DNA of 49,607 nt from an uncultured Planctomycetales bacterium (GCA_964373835.1 CAYJWN010000004.1:1-49607); one strand, 5' to 3'. Positions 17,214 to 27,670 are shown, numbered from the stretch's first letter. Translations and numbers: made by a program. Notes: generated by a model from the sequence alone, not told the origin.

Positions 17214-19075
17214 CGCCATCCCCTGATCCCCAAGCCTTCTTGGCGAAAGGCGCTCCAGAGGCGCTGGAGGTGACCGAGGCCGCTCGAGAGACCGAGTGGC
17301 ACCGCCCCAGTTTTATCGCCGAGCTGTTCATGGGGCGGCTCCGGCACGACCTGATCTTTCCGTATCCTGAACAGAGTGCAGGCGACCGCCGCCTCGGTGA
17401 TGAGTTCATCGCGCGGTTGGAGTCGTTTCTCAAAGAGCATGTCGACCCGGATGAAATTGACCGCACCGGTCAGATGCCGCCCCAGGTGATCGAGGGTCTG
17501 GCGCGCCTTGGCTGTTTTGGGATGAAGATCCCTAAGGAATACGGCGGGTTGGGGTTGTCCCAGACGAATTATAACCGGGTTATTGCGCTGATCGGCAGTT
17601 ACTGCGGCTCAACCGCGGTGTGGCTCAGCGCTCATCAGAGCATCGGCGCCCCACAGCCTCTCATGCTCTTCGGCACGGAGGAACAAAAACGCCGCTATCT
17701 TCCCAGGCTGGCAAAGGGCACCATCTCCGCGTTTGCCTTGACCGAACTTGGGGTCGGATCCGACCCGGCGAACATGCTGACGACGGCGACACCGACCGAC
17801 GGGAGCGCATGGTACGTGCTGAATGGAGAGAAGCTGTGGTGCACCAATGGGCCCGTGGCTGAGGTGGTGGTCGTGATGGCCAGAACCCCCTCCGTCACTG
17901 TTGGAGGAAAAGAGCGCAAGCAGATCACCGCCTTTATCGTGGAGCGCTCCATGCCTGGCTTTGAGGTGGTGCACCGCTGCGACTTCATGGGGCTCAAAGG
18001 GATCCAGAACGGGGTGCTCCGCTTCACGAACGTGCGGGTGCCGACCACCAACATGCTCTGGGGGACGGGGCAGGGGCTGAAGCTGGCGTTGATCACGCTG
18101 AACGCCGGGCGCATCGCCATCCCCGCAGCCTGCGTCGGGACCGCCAAGCGGTGCCTCCAGATTACCCGGCAGTGGTCCAAAGAGCGAAAGCAGTGGGGCG
18201 GGCCGATCGGCAAGCACGAGGCGGTCGCCACAAAGATCGGGGAGATGGCCGCGACCACCTTCGCCATGGATGCGATGGTCTGGTTGGCCTCGGCGCTCGT
18301 GGACCGCAAGACCACGGATATCCGGTTGGAGGCCGCCATCGCCAAACTGTTCTGTTCTGAAGCGTGCTGGCGCATCGTGGATGACACCCTCCAGGTCCGC
18401 GGGGGGCGCGGCTATGAAACCGCCCTGTCGCTGCGGGCGCGCGGCGAGCCGGCCCTGCCGGTTGAACGGATCATGCGGGATGCCCGCATCAACCTCATCA
18501 TCGAGGGCACGAGCCAAATCATGCGGCTGTTCATTGCACGCGAAGCACTCGATGCGCACATGCGGATCGTCGGGACGCTGTTGAATCCGCACCAACCCGT
18601 TCCGAACAAAGTGAAAGCGGCGTTCGCTGCAGCTGCGCGGTACACGGTCTGGTACCCGCGGCAATGGATCTTTTGGAGTTGGTGGCCCCGCCACGACATC
18701 CTGGGGCCTCGGTTGGCCGGGCACGTGCGGTTTATCGAACGGACCAGCCACCGGTTGGCGCGCGCCTTGTTCCATAGCGCGATGCGTCATCAAACGCGCT
18801 TAGCGTACCGCCAGCAGCTCCTGGGACGGCTGGTGGATATCGGCAGCGACCTGTTTGCGATGGCGGCCGCCTGCTCCAAAGCCCATGCGATGGCGCGGCG
18901 TGAGCCGTCGGACCACAGCCCGGTTGAGCTGGCGGATCTGTTCTGCCGGTTGGCGTGCCGGAGGATCACCCTGGCCTTCCGGCAGCTGGGGCACAACGAT
19001 GATCGCCAGACCTATCGAGTCGCCCAAGATGTCCTGAGCGGTCGGATGGGGTGGCTTGAAGAGGGGATTGTCTGA
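17210..19075 (+). CDS. Acyl-CoA dehydrogenase (long VLCAD/ACAD9-like form)
   Basis: SAHQSIG, AFALTE..VGSD, NGEKLWCTNG, GGRGY, RDARINLIIEGT; C-terminal extension. Confidence 0.94.
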   Translation: MTPSPDPQAFLAKGAPEALEVTEAARETEWHRPSFIAELFMGRLRHDLIFPYPEQSAGDRRLGDEFIARLESFLKEHVDPDEIDRTGQMPPQVIEGLARLGCFGMKIPKEYGGLGLSQTNYNRVIALIGSYCGSTAVWLSAHQSIGAPQPLMLFGTEEQKRRYLPRLAKGTISAFALTELGVGSDPANMLTTATPTDGSAWYVLNGEKLWCTNGPVAEVVVVMARTPSVTVGGKERKQITAFIVERSMPGFEVVHRCDFMGLKGIQNGVLRFTNVRVPTTNMLWGTGQGLKLALITLNAGRIAIPAACVGTAKRCLQITRQWSKERKQWGGPIGKHEAVATKIGEMAATTFAMDAMVWLASALVDRKTTDIRLEAAIAKLFCSEACWRIVDDTLQVRGGRGYETALSLRARGEPALPVERIMRDARINLIIEGTSQIMRLFIAREALDAHMRIVGTLLNPHQPVPNKVKAAFAAAARYTVWYPRQWIFWSWWPRHDILGPRLAGHVRFIERTSHRLARALFHSAMRHQTRLAYRQQLLGRLVDIGSDLFAMAAACSKAHAMARREPSDHSPVELADLFCRLACRRITLAFRQLGHNDDRQTYRVAQDVLSGRMGWLEEGIV

Positions 19076-19090
19076 CTCAGAGTTCGGTGC

Positions 19091-20884
19091 ATGACGGAAA
19101 CGATTCCCGCCTTGTTTGACCGACAGGCGCGCACGCTGGGGCGTCGGACGCTCTTTCTGGTCAAGCGGGAGGGCTCCTATCAGCCCATCACCTGGCAGCA
19201 GGCGCAAGAGCGCGTGCTGGCCCTCAGCGCGTTCTTGCTGCACTATCAAGTCAACCCGGGCGATCGCGTGGTGATCCTGTCCGAAAACCGTCCGGAGTGG
19301 GCCCTCGCGGATCTCGCCATTCAATCGGTCGGCGCCTGGACGGTCCCCATCTATCCCAGTCTCATGCCCGATGAGATCCTCACCATCTGCCGCGACTGCC
19401 AACCGGCGGTGTGCGTCGCGTCGAACAGCGACCAGGCCAGCAAGTTGGTCGCCGTCGCCGAGCAGGTGCCCTCCATCCAGACGATCATCGTCGCGGACGG
19501 CGGCCCGTCCCAGGATCGCCGCCTGGTGAGCTGGGCGAGCGCTGAAGCGGAGGGCAGGGAGCTGGCGCCGAAGCTCGCCAGCCTGCTCCAGCGGCGGAAA
19601 GAGCAGCTGAGGCCCTCCGACACCGCCACGTTGATCTACACGTCTGGCACGACGGGCGAGCCGAAAGGGGTCATGCTGTCGCACGGCAATTTTCTCTCCA
19701 ACGTGGAAGCGTGCCTGAAGGTGATTCCGATTGCGGGGGCGGATGTGCATCTGTCGTTTTTGCCGCTCTCCCACGTGTTTGAACGCATGGCCGGGTGGTA
19801 TCTGATGCTGCGGGTGGGCGCGTGCGTGGCGTACGCTGAACACATGGACAGCGTTCCGCAGAATATGCTGGAGGTGCGCCCCACGGTCATGCTCGGGGTG
19901 CCGCGATTCTTTGAAAAATTGTACGCGCGCATCCAGGAAGGGGTTCGCCAGGCTCCCCCTCTGAAGCGCCGGCTGGCCGAATGGGCCATGAGGGTCGGGC
20001 AAGCTGCGGCCGCTCGGGTGGCAGCCGGTCAGCCGCTGCCCGTTCCGCTGCAGCTGAAGCGGATGGCGGCTGATCGGCTGGTGTTTCATAAGGTCAAGGC
20101 ACGACTCGGTGGTCGGCTGCGGTTCTTCGTCTCAGGAAGCGCGCCGCTGGCCAAGGAGATCGGGGAATTTTTCTATAGCCTCGGGGTCACGATCATCGAG
20201 GGATATGGCCTGACCGAGACGTCGCCGGTCATTACCGTCAACCGCCTCTCCCATCCGCGCTTCGGCAGCGTGGGGCAAGCGGTTCCGGGTGTTGAGATCT
20301 GGATCGCGGATGACGGCGAGATCCTCACGCGAGGACCGCACGTGATGCAGGGCTACTATAAAAAGCCGGACGCCACCGCGGCGGTGATCGTCGATGGCTG
20401 GTTTCACACCGGCGACATCGGGCATATCGACGGCGATGGCTGTCTGTTCATCACCGATCGGAAAAAAGATCTCATCAAGACGGCTGGCGGAAAGTTCGTC
20501 GCCCCGCAGAAGCTCGAAGGACTCTTCATTACCGACCCCTACATCAGCCAGGCCTTTGTCTACGGCGACCGGCAGCCCTATTGCGTGGCGCTCATCGTGC
20601 CCAACGCCGAGCAGTTGCGTGGCTTCGCGCAGGAGCAGGAAATTGTCGGCCGCTCCCTGAAAGAGCTGGTGAGCCAGCCCAAGGTTCTCGACTTGTATTG
20701 GAGCCGCGTTCAAGCCAAACAGCAGGGGCTGGCCAGCTTTGAGCAGGTCAAGAAGATCGCCCTGCTCGACCAGGAGTTCTCCCAAGCTTCGGGTGAGCTG
20801 ACGCCCACCCTGAAAGCCAAACGCGCCATCATTGCCCAGCGATACGAGGCGCTCCTGCGCGCGCTGTATCAGACCCCTCAGTGA
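19091..20884 (+). CDS. Long-chain fatty acid--CoA ligase
   Basis: YTSGTTGEPKG, LPLSHVFER, EGYGLTE, GWFHTGD, LTPTLK. Confidence 0.95.
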   Translation: MTETIPALFDRQARTLGRRTLFLVKREGSYQPITWQQAQERVLALSAFLLHYQVNPGDRVVILSENRPEWALADLAIQSVGAWTVPIYPSLMPDEILTICRDCQPAVCVASNSDQASKLVAVAEQVPSIQTIIVADGGPSQDRRLVSWASAEAEGRELAPKLASLLQRRKEQLRPSDTATLIYTSGTTGEPKGVMLSHGNFLSNVEACLKVIPIAGADVHLSFLPLSHVFERMAGWYLMLRVGACVAYAEHMDSVPQNMLEVRPTVMLGVPRFFEKLYARIQEGVRQAPPLKRRLAEWAMRVGQAAAARVAAGQPLPVPLQLKRMAADRLVFHKVKARLGGRLRFFVSGSAPLAKEIGEFFYSLGVTIIEGYGLTETSPVITVNRLSHPRFGSVGQAVPGVEIWIADDGEILTRGPHVMQGYYKKPDATAAVIVDGWFHTGDIGHIDGDGCLFITDRKKDLIKTAGGKFVAPQKLEGLFITDPYISQAFVYGDRQPYCVALIVPNAEQLRGFAQEQEIVGRSLKELVSQPKVLDLYWSRVQAKQQGLASFEQVKKIALLDQEFSQASGELTPTLKAKRAIIAQRYEALLRALYQTPQ

Positions 20885-20903
20885 TCACATTCGGCACTCC
20901 TCC

Positions 20904-22148
20904 ATGGCTCACGCGCTGCTGATCGCCCTGTTCCTCGTGGGCTCCATCTGCTGGCAGCCGATGGCATGTGGAGAAGAAACGGATACGACCGACTGGCCGA
21001 TGGTGATTGCGCAGCTCCAGCAGGAACTGTATCGACGGCCCGGCCACGCCTCTACGCGCCAACAGCTTGCCGTTGCGTATAACAACTATGGGGTCGGCCT
21101 GGGCAACAAAGGGAAGTGGGACCTGGCGATCCAACAGCTACAAGAAGCCCTGAGGCTCGATGAGGCCAACGCGCAAGCTCGTGACAATCTCAGTCGAGTC
21201 TATTTGAATCAGGCCCATGAGGCGGCCAGGCGCCACCAAGGGCAGGAAGCGCTGCAGGCGATTGACCAGGCGCTCAGCCTGAATCCAAACCTTGCTCAGG
21301 CCTACGCCCTGCGAGGGGAGATTGAGTACCAGAGCCAGAAACTGAAAGAGGCCAAGGCGTCCTGGAAACGGGCGCTGGAACTTGATCCCACGCAGACCGA
21401 CTTGAAGAAGCAATTGGATCAACTCACCCAGGAGCTGCCCGTTGAATCAGATTTCGAGCGGCTCCCCCAGGCCTATTTCGACATCAGGTATCAAGAGGAG
21501 CTGGAGCGGGCCATTGGGTTTGACGTGCGGGACGTCCTGCTGGACGCGCGGCGCGAAGTCGGCTCGGACTTCGCCTACTGGCCGAAGCACCGCCTGGTGG
21601 TGCTCGTCTACAGTTGGGAGAGCTTTAGGGCGCTGCGGCAGGAGACACCGGACTGGGTCGGCGGGCAGTTCGACGGGAAGATCCGCATGCCGCTGCCCAA
21701 CGGCCAGGTGCAGGTGGCGCTGGTGAAACAGATCCTGTTTCACGAGTACACGCACGCGCTCGTCCACGATCTCACCAACGGCCTGTGCCCCACGTGGCTG
21801 AATGAGGGGTTGGCCGAATACGAAGGATGGACGCAGCACGCAGGGCCGCTCACTCAGCTCATCAACGCCCATCGCGACGGGCGGCTGATTCCGTGGGCTG
21901 AGCTTTCGAATCAATTCTCAATGGCGCTGCCCGCGGAGGCGGTCGCCTTGGGCTATCAAGAGTCCTACAGCGTGGTGCGATACCTCACGGACCGCTGGGG
22001 CTTTTGGCGGATCCGGCGTTTGCTGAAAGCCGTCGGGGATGGGCGGCCGTGGGATGCCGCCTTGCCTGAAGAGTATCGCCTCAAACTCACCACCCTTGAA
22101 CACAACTGGCGCAACTGGCTGCCCGAGCTCCTCAAACAAGCGCCATGA
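20904..22148 (+). CDS. Exported TPR-containing zinc metallopeptidase (peptidase MA-like)
   Basis: Signal peptide, TPR repeats, HEYTH...WLNEGLAEY gluzincin motif. Confidence 0.85.
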   Translation: MAHALLIALFLVGSICWQPMACGEETDTTDWPMVIAQLQQELYRRPGHASTRQQLAVAYNNYGVGLGNKGKWDLAIQQLQEALRLDEANAQARDNLSRVYLNQAHEAARRHQGQEALQAIDQALSLNPNLAQAYALRGEIEYQSQKLKEAKASWKRALELDPTQTDLKKQLDQLTQELPVESDFERLPQAYFDIRYQEELERAIGFDVRDVLLDARREVGSDFAYWPKHRLVVLVYSWESFRALRQETPDWVGGQFDGKIRMPLPNGQVQVALVKQILFHEYTHALVHDLTNGLCPTWLNEGLAEYEGWTQHAGPLTQLINAHRDGRLIPWAELSNQFSMALPAEAVALGYQESYSVVRYLTDRWGFWRIRRLLKAVGDGRPWDAALPEEYRLKLTTLEHNWRNWLPELLKQAP

Positions 22149-23338
22149 AAGAGGTCATGGCGTGGGCGCTATTCGATTTGGCGAATACGTTCTTCGCGGT
22201 TGCGATGCTCTCCTTCTATTTCCCCTTGTGGGTGGTGGAAGACCGGGGGGGCAAAGAGCTGTTGATCAGCGTGGCGCTCGGCCTGTCGATGGCCGTTGTG
22301 GCGATCCTGATGCCGGTGTGCGGGGCGCTGTCTGATGCCACGGAACACCGCATGCGGTTTCTCCGGTGGACCACCTACGGCTGCCTCCTTGCGACCTGCG
22401 CGATCGGGCTCACCTCCAACCTGCTGGTCGGGCTCGGGCTGTTCGCCGTGGCGAATATCTGCTACCAACTGGGCACGGTCTTCTACGATGCGCTGCTCTG
22501 GAGGGTGGCTTCTCCCGGCCGGCTCGGGCAGATCTCCGGGTTTGGGGCCTCCTTCGGGTATCTGGGTAGCATGCTGGGCCTCCTCTTGCTCTGGCCCTTT
22601 CTTCGTGTCGGAGGGCCGCAGGCGACCTTCATCCCCTCCGCGCTCTTTTTCCTGCTGTTCGCGTTGCCGAGCTTTCTCACCCTCCATGATCCTGGACGCT
22701 CGGCCCGGCTCATGTGGCGTGACGTCGCCAGGACCGCGGCCTTACGGCTGGCGATGACGTTGCGATCCGCGCAGGCCATCGCCGGTCTCTGGCGCTACCT
22801 CTGGGCCGCGTTTTTCAGCTCCAATGCCATCAACACGGTGCTCATCTTTATGGCGGTCTATACGCGGAAGGTGCTGGGATTTACGCAGGGTGAGCTCATC
22901 CGGTTTTTCGTCTTCAGTCAACTGTTTGCGGTTGCCGGATCGCTGGTGTTTGGCGGCATCACCTCCCGCGTGGGCGCAAAGCGCACCCTGTCGCTGATCT
23001 GGTGCGGGTGGATGGGCGCCCTGGGGCTGGTGTGGCTGAACCCCTCGAGCCAGTGGCTGTGGGTGGCGGGGCCGATGATCGGGTTTTGCCTGGGGTCCAC
23101 GTGGGCGACCTCGCGCGTCCTGATCGTGGAGCTCTCACCGAAGGATCAGCTCGGCGAGATGCTCGGTCTGGCGGGGCTGTTCGTCCGCGCGTCGTCCATT
23201 CTTGGCCCCCTGCTGTGGGGATGGCTCGTGTGGGATCCTGCGCGCTACCCGCAGGCGGTCCTGGCGCTCATCGGACTGTTGGCCGTGGGCGTGTGGCTGC
23301 TCCACGGCGTGCCGTATCCGGCAGCGGCTCAACGATGA
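22145..23338 (+). CDS. MFS transporter (UMF1/Atg22-like)
   Basis: WALFDLANT, VFYDALL, SGFG..FGYLG, SR.LIVELSP; about 12 TM. Confidence 0.88.
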   Translation: MKEVMAWALFDLANTFFAVAMLSFYFPLWVVEDRGGKELLISVALGLSMAVVAILMPVCGALSDATEHRMRFLRWTTYGCLLATCAIGLTSNLLVGLGLFAVANICYQLGTVFYDALLWRVASPGRLGQISGFGASFGYLGSMLGLLLLWPFLRVGGPQATFIPSALFFLLFALPSFLTLHDPGRSARLMWRDVARTAALRLAMTLRSAQAIAGLWRYLWAAFFSSNAINTVLIFMAVYTRKVLGFTQGELIRFFVFSQLFAVAGSLVFGGITSRVGAKRTLSLIWCGWMGALGLVWLNPSSQWLWVAGPMIGFCLGSTWATSRVLIVELSPKDQLGEMLGLAGLFVRASSILGPLLWGWLVWDPARYPQAVLALIGLLAVGVWLLHGVPYPAAAQR

Positions 23339-25065
23339 AGCAACACGAGATTGCCGCGCTGTTTTCCCAGATGGCGGATCTGTTGGAGGTGAAGGGGGAT
23401 AACCCCTTTCGCATCCGGGCCTACCGCCGCGCCGCGCAGAACCTCGAGAGCTTCAGCGGGGACCTGGAACGGTTTTCCAAAGAGGGTCGGCTCAAGGAGC
23501 TCTCAGGCATCGGCGAGGACCTGGCCTTAAAAATCACGGAGTATGTGTCGACTGGACGGATCGCAGCGGTCGAGCGGCTCAAGCGCGACGTGCCGCGAGG
23601 CGTGCTTGAGATGCTTGAGGTGCCGGGTGTTGGGCCGAAGACCGCCAAGCTCCTTGTGGAACGGCTTCGCATCACCAACATGGATCAGCTTGAAGAAGCC
23701 GCCATAGCCCACCGCGTGAAGCGCCTGCCCGGTTTTCAGGAGAAAAAAGAGCAGAACATCCTGAAGGGTATTGAGATTGTCAAGCGAGGACGGCAGCGGA
23801 TGCACTTGGGTCTTGCGCTGCCCCTCGCCAATGAGCTCCTGGCGCTGCTGCGCAAGGCGCCCGGGGTCACACGCGTGTCAACCGCAGGCAGCCTGCGCCG
23901 GATGCAGGAGACGATCGGCGATCTGGATCTGCTCGCCGCCTCGACGCGCCCCGCGCGTGCCATGGATGCGCTGCGTCGTTCGCCCGTGTGCGCACGGGTC
24001 CTGGTCTTTGGGTCGACCAAGATGTCCATCCTCACGCGAGATGGGGTTCAAGTGGACCTCCGCGTGGTGGAGCCGAAGAGTTTCGGCGCGGCGCTCCAGT
24101 ACTTGACCGGGTCCAAAGAGCATAACGTTCGACTCCGAGAACTCGCCGTACGGCAGGGACTCAAGGTGAATGAGTACGGCGTCTTCAGGGTAAAAACAGG
24201 CAGGCGGCTTGCGGGCAGGGAAGAAGCGCAGGTCTACCGCGCGATGGGCCTGGCGTGGATCCCTCCCGAACTGCGGGAGGATCAGGGAGAGATTGATGCG
24301 GCGAAGCGGGGACAGCTCCCGGATCTCGTGGAGGCCGATGACCTGCGGGGCGATTTTCACATCCACACGAGATGGTCTGACGGGAGCGATTCGCTGGAAC
24401 AGGTGGCTCGAGCTGGAGCGGCCCGTGGGTATGAGTACCTGGCCATCTGCGACCATTCGCAGTCGCTCAAAGTGGCCCACGGGATGTCGGTCCAACGGTT
24501 GCGGCGGCAGATGCGGGAGATTCGCGCCCTCAACACGCGCCTCAAGACGTGCCGGCTCTTGATGGGTGCGGAGGTGGATATCCTGCACGACGGCGCGCTC
24601 GACTACCCGGATGCGGTGCTGGCTGAGCTCGACTTCGTCATCGGGTCGATTCATTCCGGGTTCAGCCAGAGTGAAGCGACCTTGACGCGCCGCATCATCA
24701 CGGCCATGCGCCACCCGTCTGTGACGCTGATCGCTCATCCGACCGGGAGGCTCATGGGCCAACGGGAGCCGTATCCCGTCGATCTTGAGGCGGTGTTCAA
24801 CGCCGCCAAAGGCACGCGCACGGCGCTTGAGATCAACGCGTATCCAAAACGGTTGGATCTCTGCGACACCGCCGCCAAGCAGGCGCGGGAGCGTGGGGTG
24901 ATGCTGGCCCTCTCAACGGATACCCATAGCCTTGACCAGTTCGACAACATGATCTTCGGATTGGGGCTTGCGCGCCGGGCCTGGGTTGAGCCGCGCCACC
25001 TGTTGAACTGTTTCACGCTGAAGCAATTGCTGGAGTGGATCAAACGGAAACGCCATCAGCCGTGA
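23335..25065 (+). CDS. polX: DNA polymerase X / PHP exonuclease
   Basis: NPFRIRAYR, GSLRR..ETIGDLD, VDLR, TGSKEHN; PHP DFHIHT.WSDG, DHS, AHPTGR, TDTH. Confidence 0.95.
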   Translation: MKQHEIAALFSQMADLLEVKGDNPFRIRAYRRAAQNLESFSGDLERFSKEGRLKELSGIGEDLALKITEYVSTGRIAAVERLKRDVPRGVLEMLEVPGVGPKTAKLLVERLRITNMDQLEEAAIAHRVKRLPGFQEKKEQNILKGIEIVKRGRQRMHLGLALPLANELLALLRKAPGVTRVSTAGSLRRMQETIGDLDLLAASTRPARAMDALRRSPVCARVLVFGSTKMSILTRDGVQVDLRVVEPKSFGAALQYLTGSKEHNVRLRELAVRQGLKVNEYGVFRVKTGRRLAGREEAQVYRAMGLAWIPPELREDQGEIDAAKRGQLPDLVEADDLRGDFHIHTRWSDGSDSLEQVARAGAARGYEYLAICDHSQSLKVAHGMSVQRLRRQMREIRALNTRLKTCRLLMGAEVDILHDGALDYPDAVLAELDFVIGSIHSGFSQSEATLTRRIITAMRHPSVTLIAHPTGRLMGQREPYPVDLEAVFNAAKGTRTALEINAYPKRLDLCDTAAKQARERGVMLALSTDTHSLDQFDNMIFGLGLARRAWVEPRHLLNCFTLKQLLEWIKRKRHQP

Positions 25066-25988
25066 GCGCCCCCTACCGTTCTGGGTTTGTGGGTATCGTG
25101 GGGCGTCCCCACGTCGGAAAGTCGACGCTGCTCAACCGCTATCTCGGCGAGAAGGTGGCGATCACCTCTCCGCGGTCCCAAACCACCCGCCATCGCATCC
25201 TCGGCATCTTGACGCAGGAAGAGGCCCAGATCATGTTCCTGGATACCCCGGGCCTGCATCAGCCGGAGCACGCGTTGGGCCGCTGCATGGTGGAGGCGGC
25301 CAAGGCGGTCCTGGACGAAGCGGATGTGCTGGTGGTGGTTATGGACGGCCGTGTCGGAATGACGCGGGACGATCAACGGGTGTTCGCGCAGGTGAAGCGC
25401 GCCCTGCACGAGGCCACCCAACACCCCTCGCCACGGGCCGCGCTGCTGGCGATTAACAAAGTGGATCTCGTCAAAAAGCCGCGGCTCCTTCCGCTCCTGG
25501 AAACCGGCGCCAAGACGGGCATATTTTCCGAGTGCATTCCAATCTCCGCGCTGACCGGGGAGCAGACCGATGTGCTGCTGAGAGAGATCATTGTTCGGCT
25601 GCCGGTGGGGCCGCGATGGTACGAGCCTGACCAGCGGACGGATCAAACCACGCGCCAGCTCATCAGCGAGCTCATCCGTGAACAGGCGCTCCTGGCTACC
25701 CGCCAGGAAGTGCCGCACGCCGTTGCGGTTCTGGTGGAGCAGATCGAGGAGAATGAGCGGGTGACGTCAATTCAGGCCACGATCCTGGTGGAGCGACCGG
25801 GGCAAAAGGCTATTCTCATCGGGCGGGGCGGTGCCATGCTGAAGCAGATCGGGCAGGCTGCGCGGCGCGAGATCGAACGATTGCTGGGCCGCAAGGTGTT
25901 TTTGGGGCTCTGGGTCAAGGTGGCCGAGCGCTGGCGCAGCGACGAGCACATGCTGGAGCAACTGGGTTATCGAGGGCAGAGCGCCTGA
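25062..25988 (+). CDS. era: GTPase Era
   Basis: SGFVGIVGRPHVGKST, QTTR, DTPG, NKVD, KH domain ILIGRGG, LWVKV. Confidence 0.96.
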   Translation: MSAPYRSGFVGIVGRPHVGKSTLLNRYLGEKVAITSPRSQTTRHRILGILTQEEAQIMFLDTPGLHQPEHALGRCMVEAAKAVLDEADVLVVVMDGRVGMTRDDQRVFAQVKRALHEATQHPSPRAALLAINKVDLVKKPRLLPLLETGAKTGIFSECIPISALTGEQTDVLLREIIVRLPVGPRWYEPDQRTDQTTRQLISELIREQALLATRQEVPHAVAVLVEQIEENERVTSIQATILVERPGQKAILIGRGGAMLKQIGQAARREIERLLGRKVFLGLWVKVAERWRSDEHMLEQLGYRGQSA

Positions 25989-25990
25989 AC

Positions 25991-26518
25991 ATGGCGCGCA
26001 TCCGGGTCATCACGCGCCGCCGCATCTATCAGGGGCGGATCATTCAACTGATCTCCGAGGTCTTGGAGGTCGGAGGCCGCCGGATCGTTCGTGAAACGGT
26101 GCAGCATCCCGGGGCGGTGGTCATTGTGCCCATGCTGGATGCGTCGCGGATCGTGTTCGTCCGCCAGTACCGCCGCGCAATCAATCGAGAGCTCCTTGAG
26201 CTGCCGGCCGGAACGCTTGAGCAGGGCGAGCGCCGGGACGTCTGCGCGCGCCGTGAGCTGGAGGAAGAAACCGGCTGGACCGCCGCACGCCTGCGGCGGA
26301 TCGGACAGTTCTACGCGGCCCCCGGCTTTATCTCGGAGCAACTGACCATCTTTCTGGCGGAAGGCCTCACACCGGTGCCCGCCAAGCCGGAACCTGACGA
26401 GTTGGTGCGTTCGGTGATTGTGCCGATGCGGACCGCGCTGTCCCGGATTTATTCCGGGGCCATTTGCGACGCGAAAACCATTATCGGGGTGCTCTTTGCC
26501 CATCGCATCTTTGCTTGA
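25991..26518 (+). CDS. NUDIX hydrolase (ADP-ribose pyrophosphatase-like)
   Basis: HPGAV, RQYR, ELPAG...ARRELEEETG, DAKT. Confidence 0.93.
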   Translation: MARIRVITRRRIYQGRIIQLISEVLEVGGRRIVRETVQHPGAVVIVPMLDASRIVFVRQYRRAINRELLELPAGTLEQGERRDVCARRELEEETGWTAARLRRIGQFYAAPGFISEQLTIFLAEGLTPVPAKPEPDELVRSVIVPMRTALSRIYSGAICDAKTIIGVLFAHRIFA

Positions 26519-26543
26519 AGCAGCGAGTCGAGTTGTGTAGACT
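26515..26543 (+). promoter_or_regulatory. Possible sigma70-type promoter
   Basis: TTGAAG, 17 bp, TG-n-TAGACT upstream of the AAGGAG SD of the yqeY-like gene. Confidence 0.5.
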
Positions 26544-26579
26544 ACTCTTGGAACGGCCGACGGCTCAAGGAGTAAAAGA

Positions 26580-27029
26580 GTGTCCATACCGACACTGACG
26601 GAACGGTTGGAAGCGGATTACAAGGCGGCCTTGAAAGCGGGGGAACGGCTGCGCGTGGATACCCTGCGGTTGATCAAAGCGGGGATCCAGCACGTCGCAA
26701 TTGAAAAGCGAAAAGCAGGCCTGGATGACCGGGAAGTAATCCAGGTCCTGACGCAGCAAGCGAAGCAGCGGCGCGAGACGATCGACTCGGCGAAACAGAG
26801 CGGCCGGGACGACGTCTTGGCGCAGGCCGCGCAAGAATTGGCGATGCTCAACGCCTATTTGCCGCCACCGCTGTCTGAAGAAGAGGTCGCGCGATTGATC
26901 GAGGAAGCGATCGGCGCCGTGGGGCCTCAGCAAGGGCCCATCATGAAATACGTCATGGGCAAGGCGTCCGGCGCAGTCGACGGCACGCTGGTCAGCCGGC
27001 TCGTCGGGGAACGCCTGAAGAAGGCGTAA
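26580..27029 (+). CDS. GatB/YqeY-domain protein
   Basis: D.KAALKAG...TLR, KQRRETI, E...L.AYLP..LS, G.IM...G.VDG. Confidence 0.93.
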   Translation: MSIPTLTERLEADYKAALKAGERLRVDTLRLIKAGIQHVAIEKRKAGLDDREVIQVLTQQAKQRRETIDSAKQSGRDDVLAQAAQELAMLNAYLPPPLSEEEVARLIEEAIGAVGPQQGPIMKYVMGKASGAVDGTLVSRLVGERLKKA

Positions 27030-27040
27030 CGGGCCTCTCA

Positions 27041-27313
27041 ATGGCGGCACCACCTCCACCACGAAAAGGGCTTCCCAAAGCGATCATCAATCCTGACAGC
27101 TGCACGGGCTGCGAGGTCTGCATAGTGGTCTGTCCCGTGGACTGTATTGATAAGGTGCCAGGCCCGGAGCATCCGGGGCTGCTGGCGACGTGCATCGTCG
27201 ATCAGCCCAAGTGCATCGGGTGCTGGCTGTGCGAAAAGATCTGTCCCTGGGATGCCATCACAATGGTCCCTCCCCAGGAGGCTCCAGTGATCTCGGCGGC
27301 GCCGGCCTCATGA
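27041..27313 (+). CDS. 2[4Fe-4S] ferredoxin
   Basis: CTGCEVCIVVCP and CIGCWLCEKICP. Confidence 0.93.
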   Translation: MAAPPPPRKGLPKAIINPDSCTGCEVCIVVCPVDCIDKVPGPEHPGLLATCIVDQPKCIGCWLCEKICPWDAITMVPPQEAPVISAAPAS

Positions 27314-27666
27314 GCGAGGAAGGGAAGGAGCCGCAGGAGACGCAGGTTTCAATCGGGGAGTTTCAGCGGTTTGCCTTTCGCGTCGGGGTCGTGACCGCTG
27401 CGCAGGATCACCCCAATGCGGACCGGTTATTGGTCCTGACGGTTGACATCGGCGAAGGGGCCCCGCGACAACTGGTTGCCGGCATCAAGGGGTCCTATCA
27501 GGCCGCCGGCCTGGTCGGCAAACACGTGGTCGTCGTCGCCAACATAAAACCAGCAGTTCTTCGAGGTGTCGAAAGCCAAGGGATGGTGTTAGCCGCCTCG
27601 GAGGGTGACACCATCGTCCTCGTGAGCCCTGAGCGGTCCATCCGGCCTGGCAGCACGGTCAAGTAA
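27310..27666 (+). CDS. tRNA-binding OB-fold protein (MetRS C-terminal/Trbp111/CsaA-like)
   Basis: HPNADRLL, RQLVAGI, VANIKPA.LRGVESQGMVLAA; ATGA overlap with the ferredoxin gene. Confidence 0.9.
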   Translation: MSEEGKEPQETQVSIGEFQRFAFRVGVVTAAQDHPNADRLLVLTVDIGEGAPRQLVAGIKGSYQAAGLVGKHVVVVANIKPAVLRGVESQGMVLAASEGDTIVLVSPERSIRPGSTVK

Positions 27667-27670
27667 CCTC

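Noticed and set aside
25083..25130. Era G1 variant GRPHVGKST
   Set aside because: The substitution is at a variable position of GxxxxGKS; the other motifs are intact.
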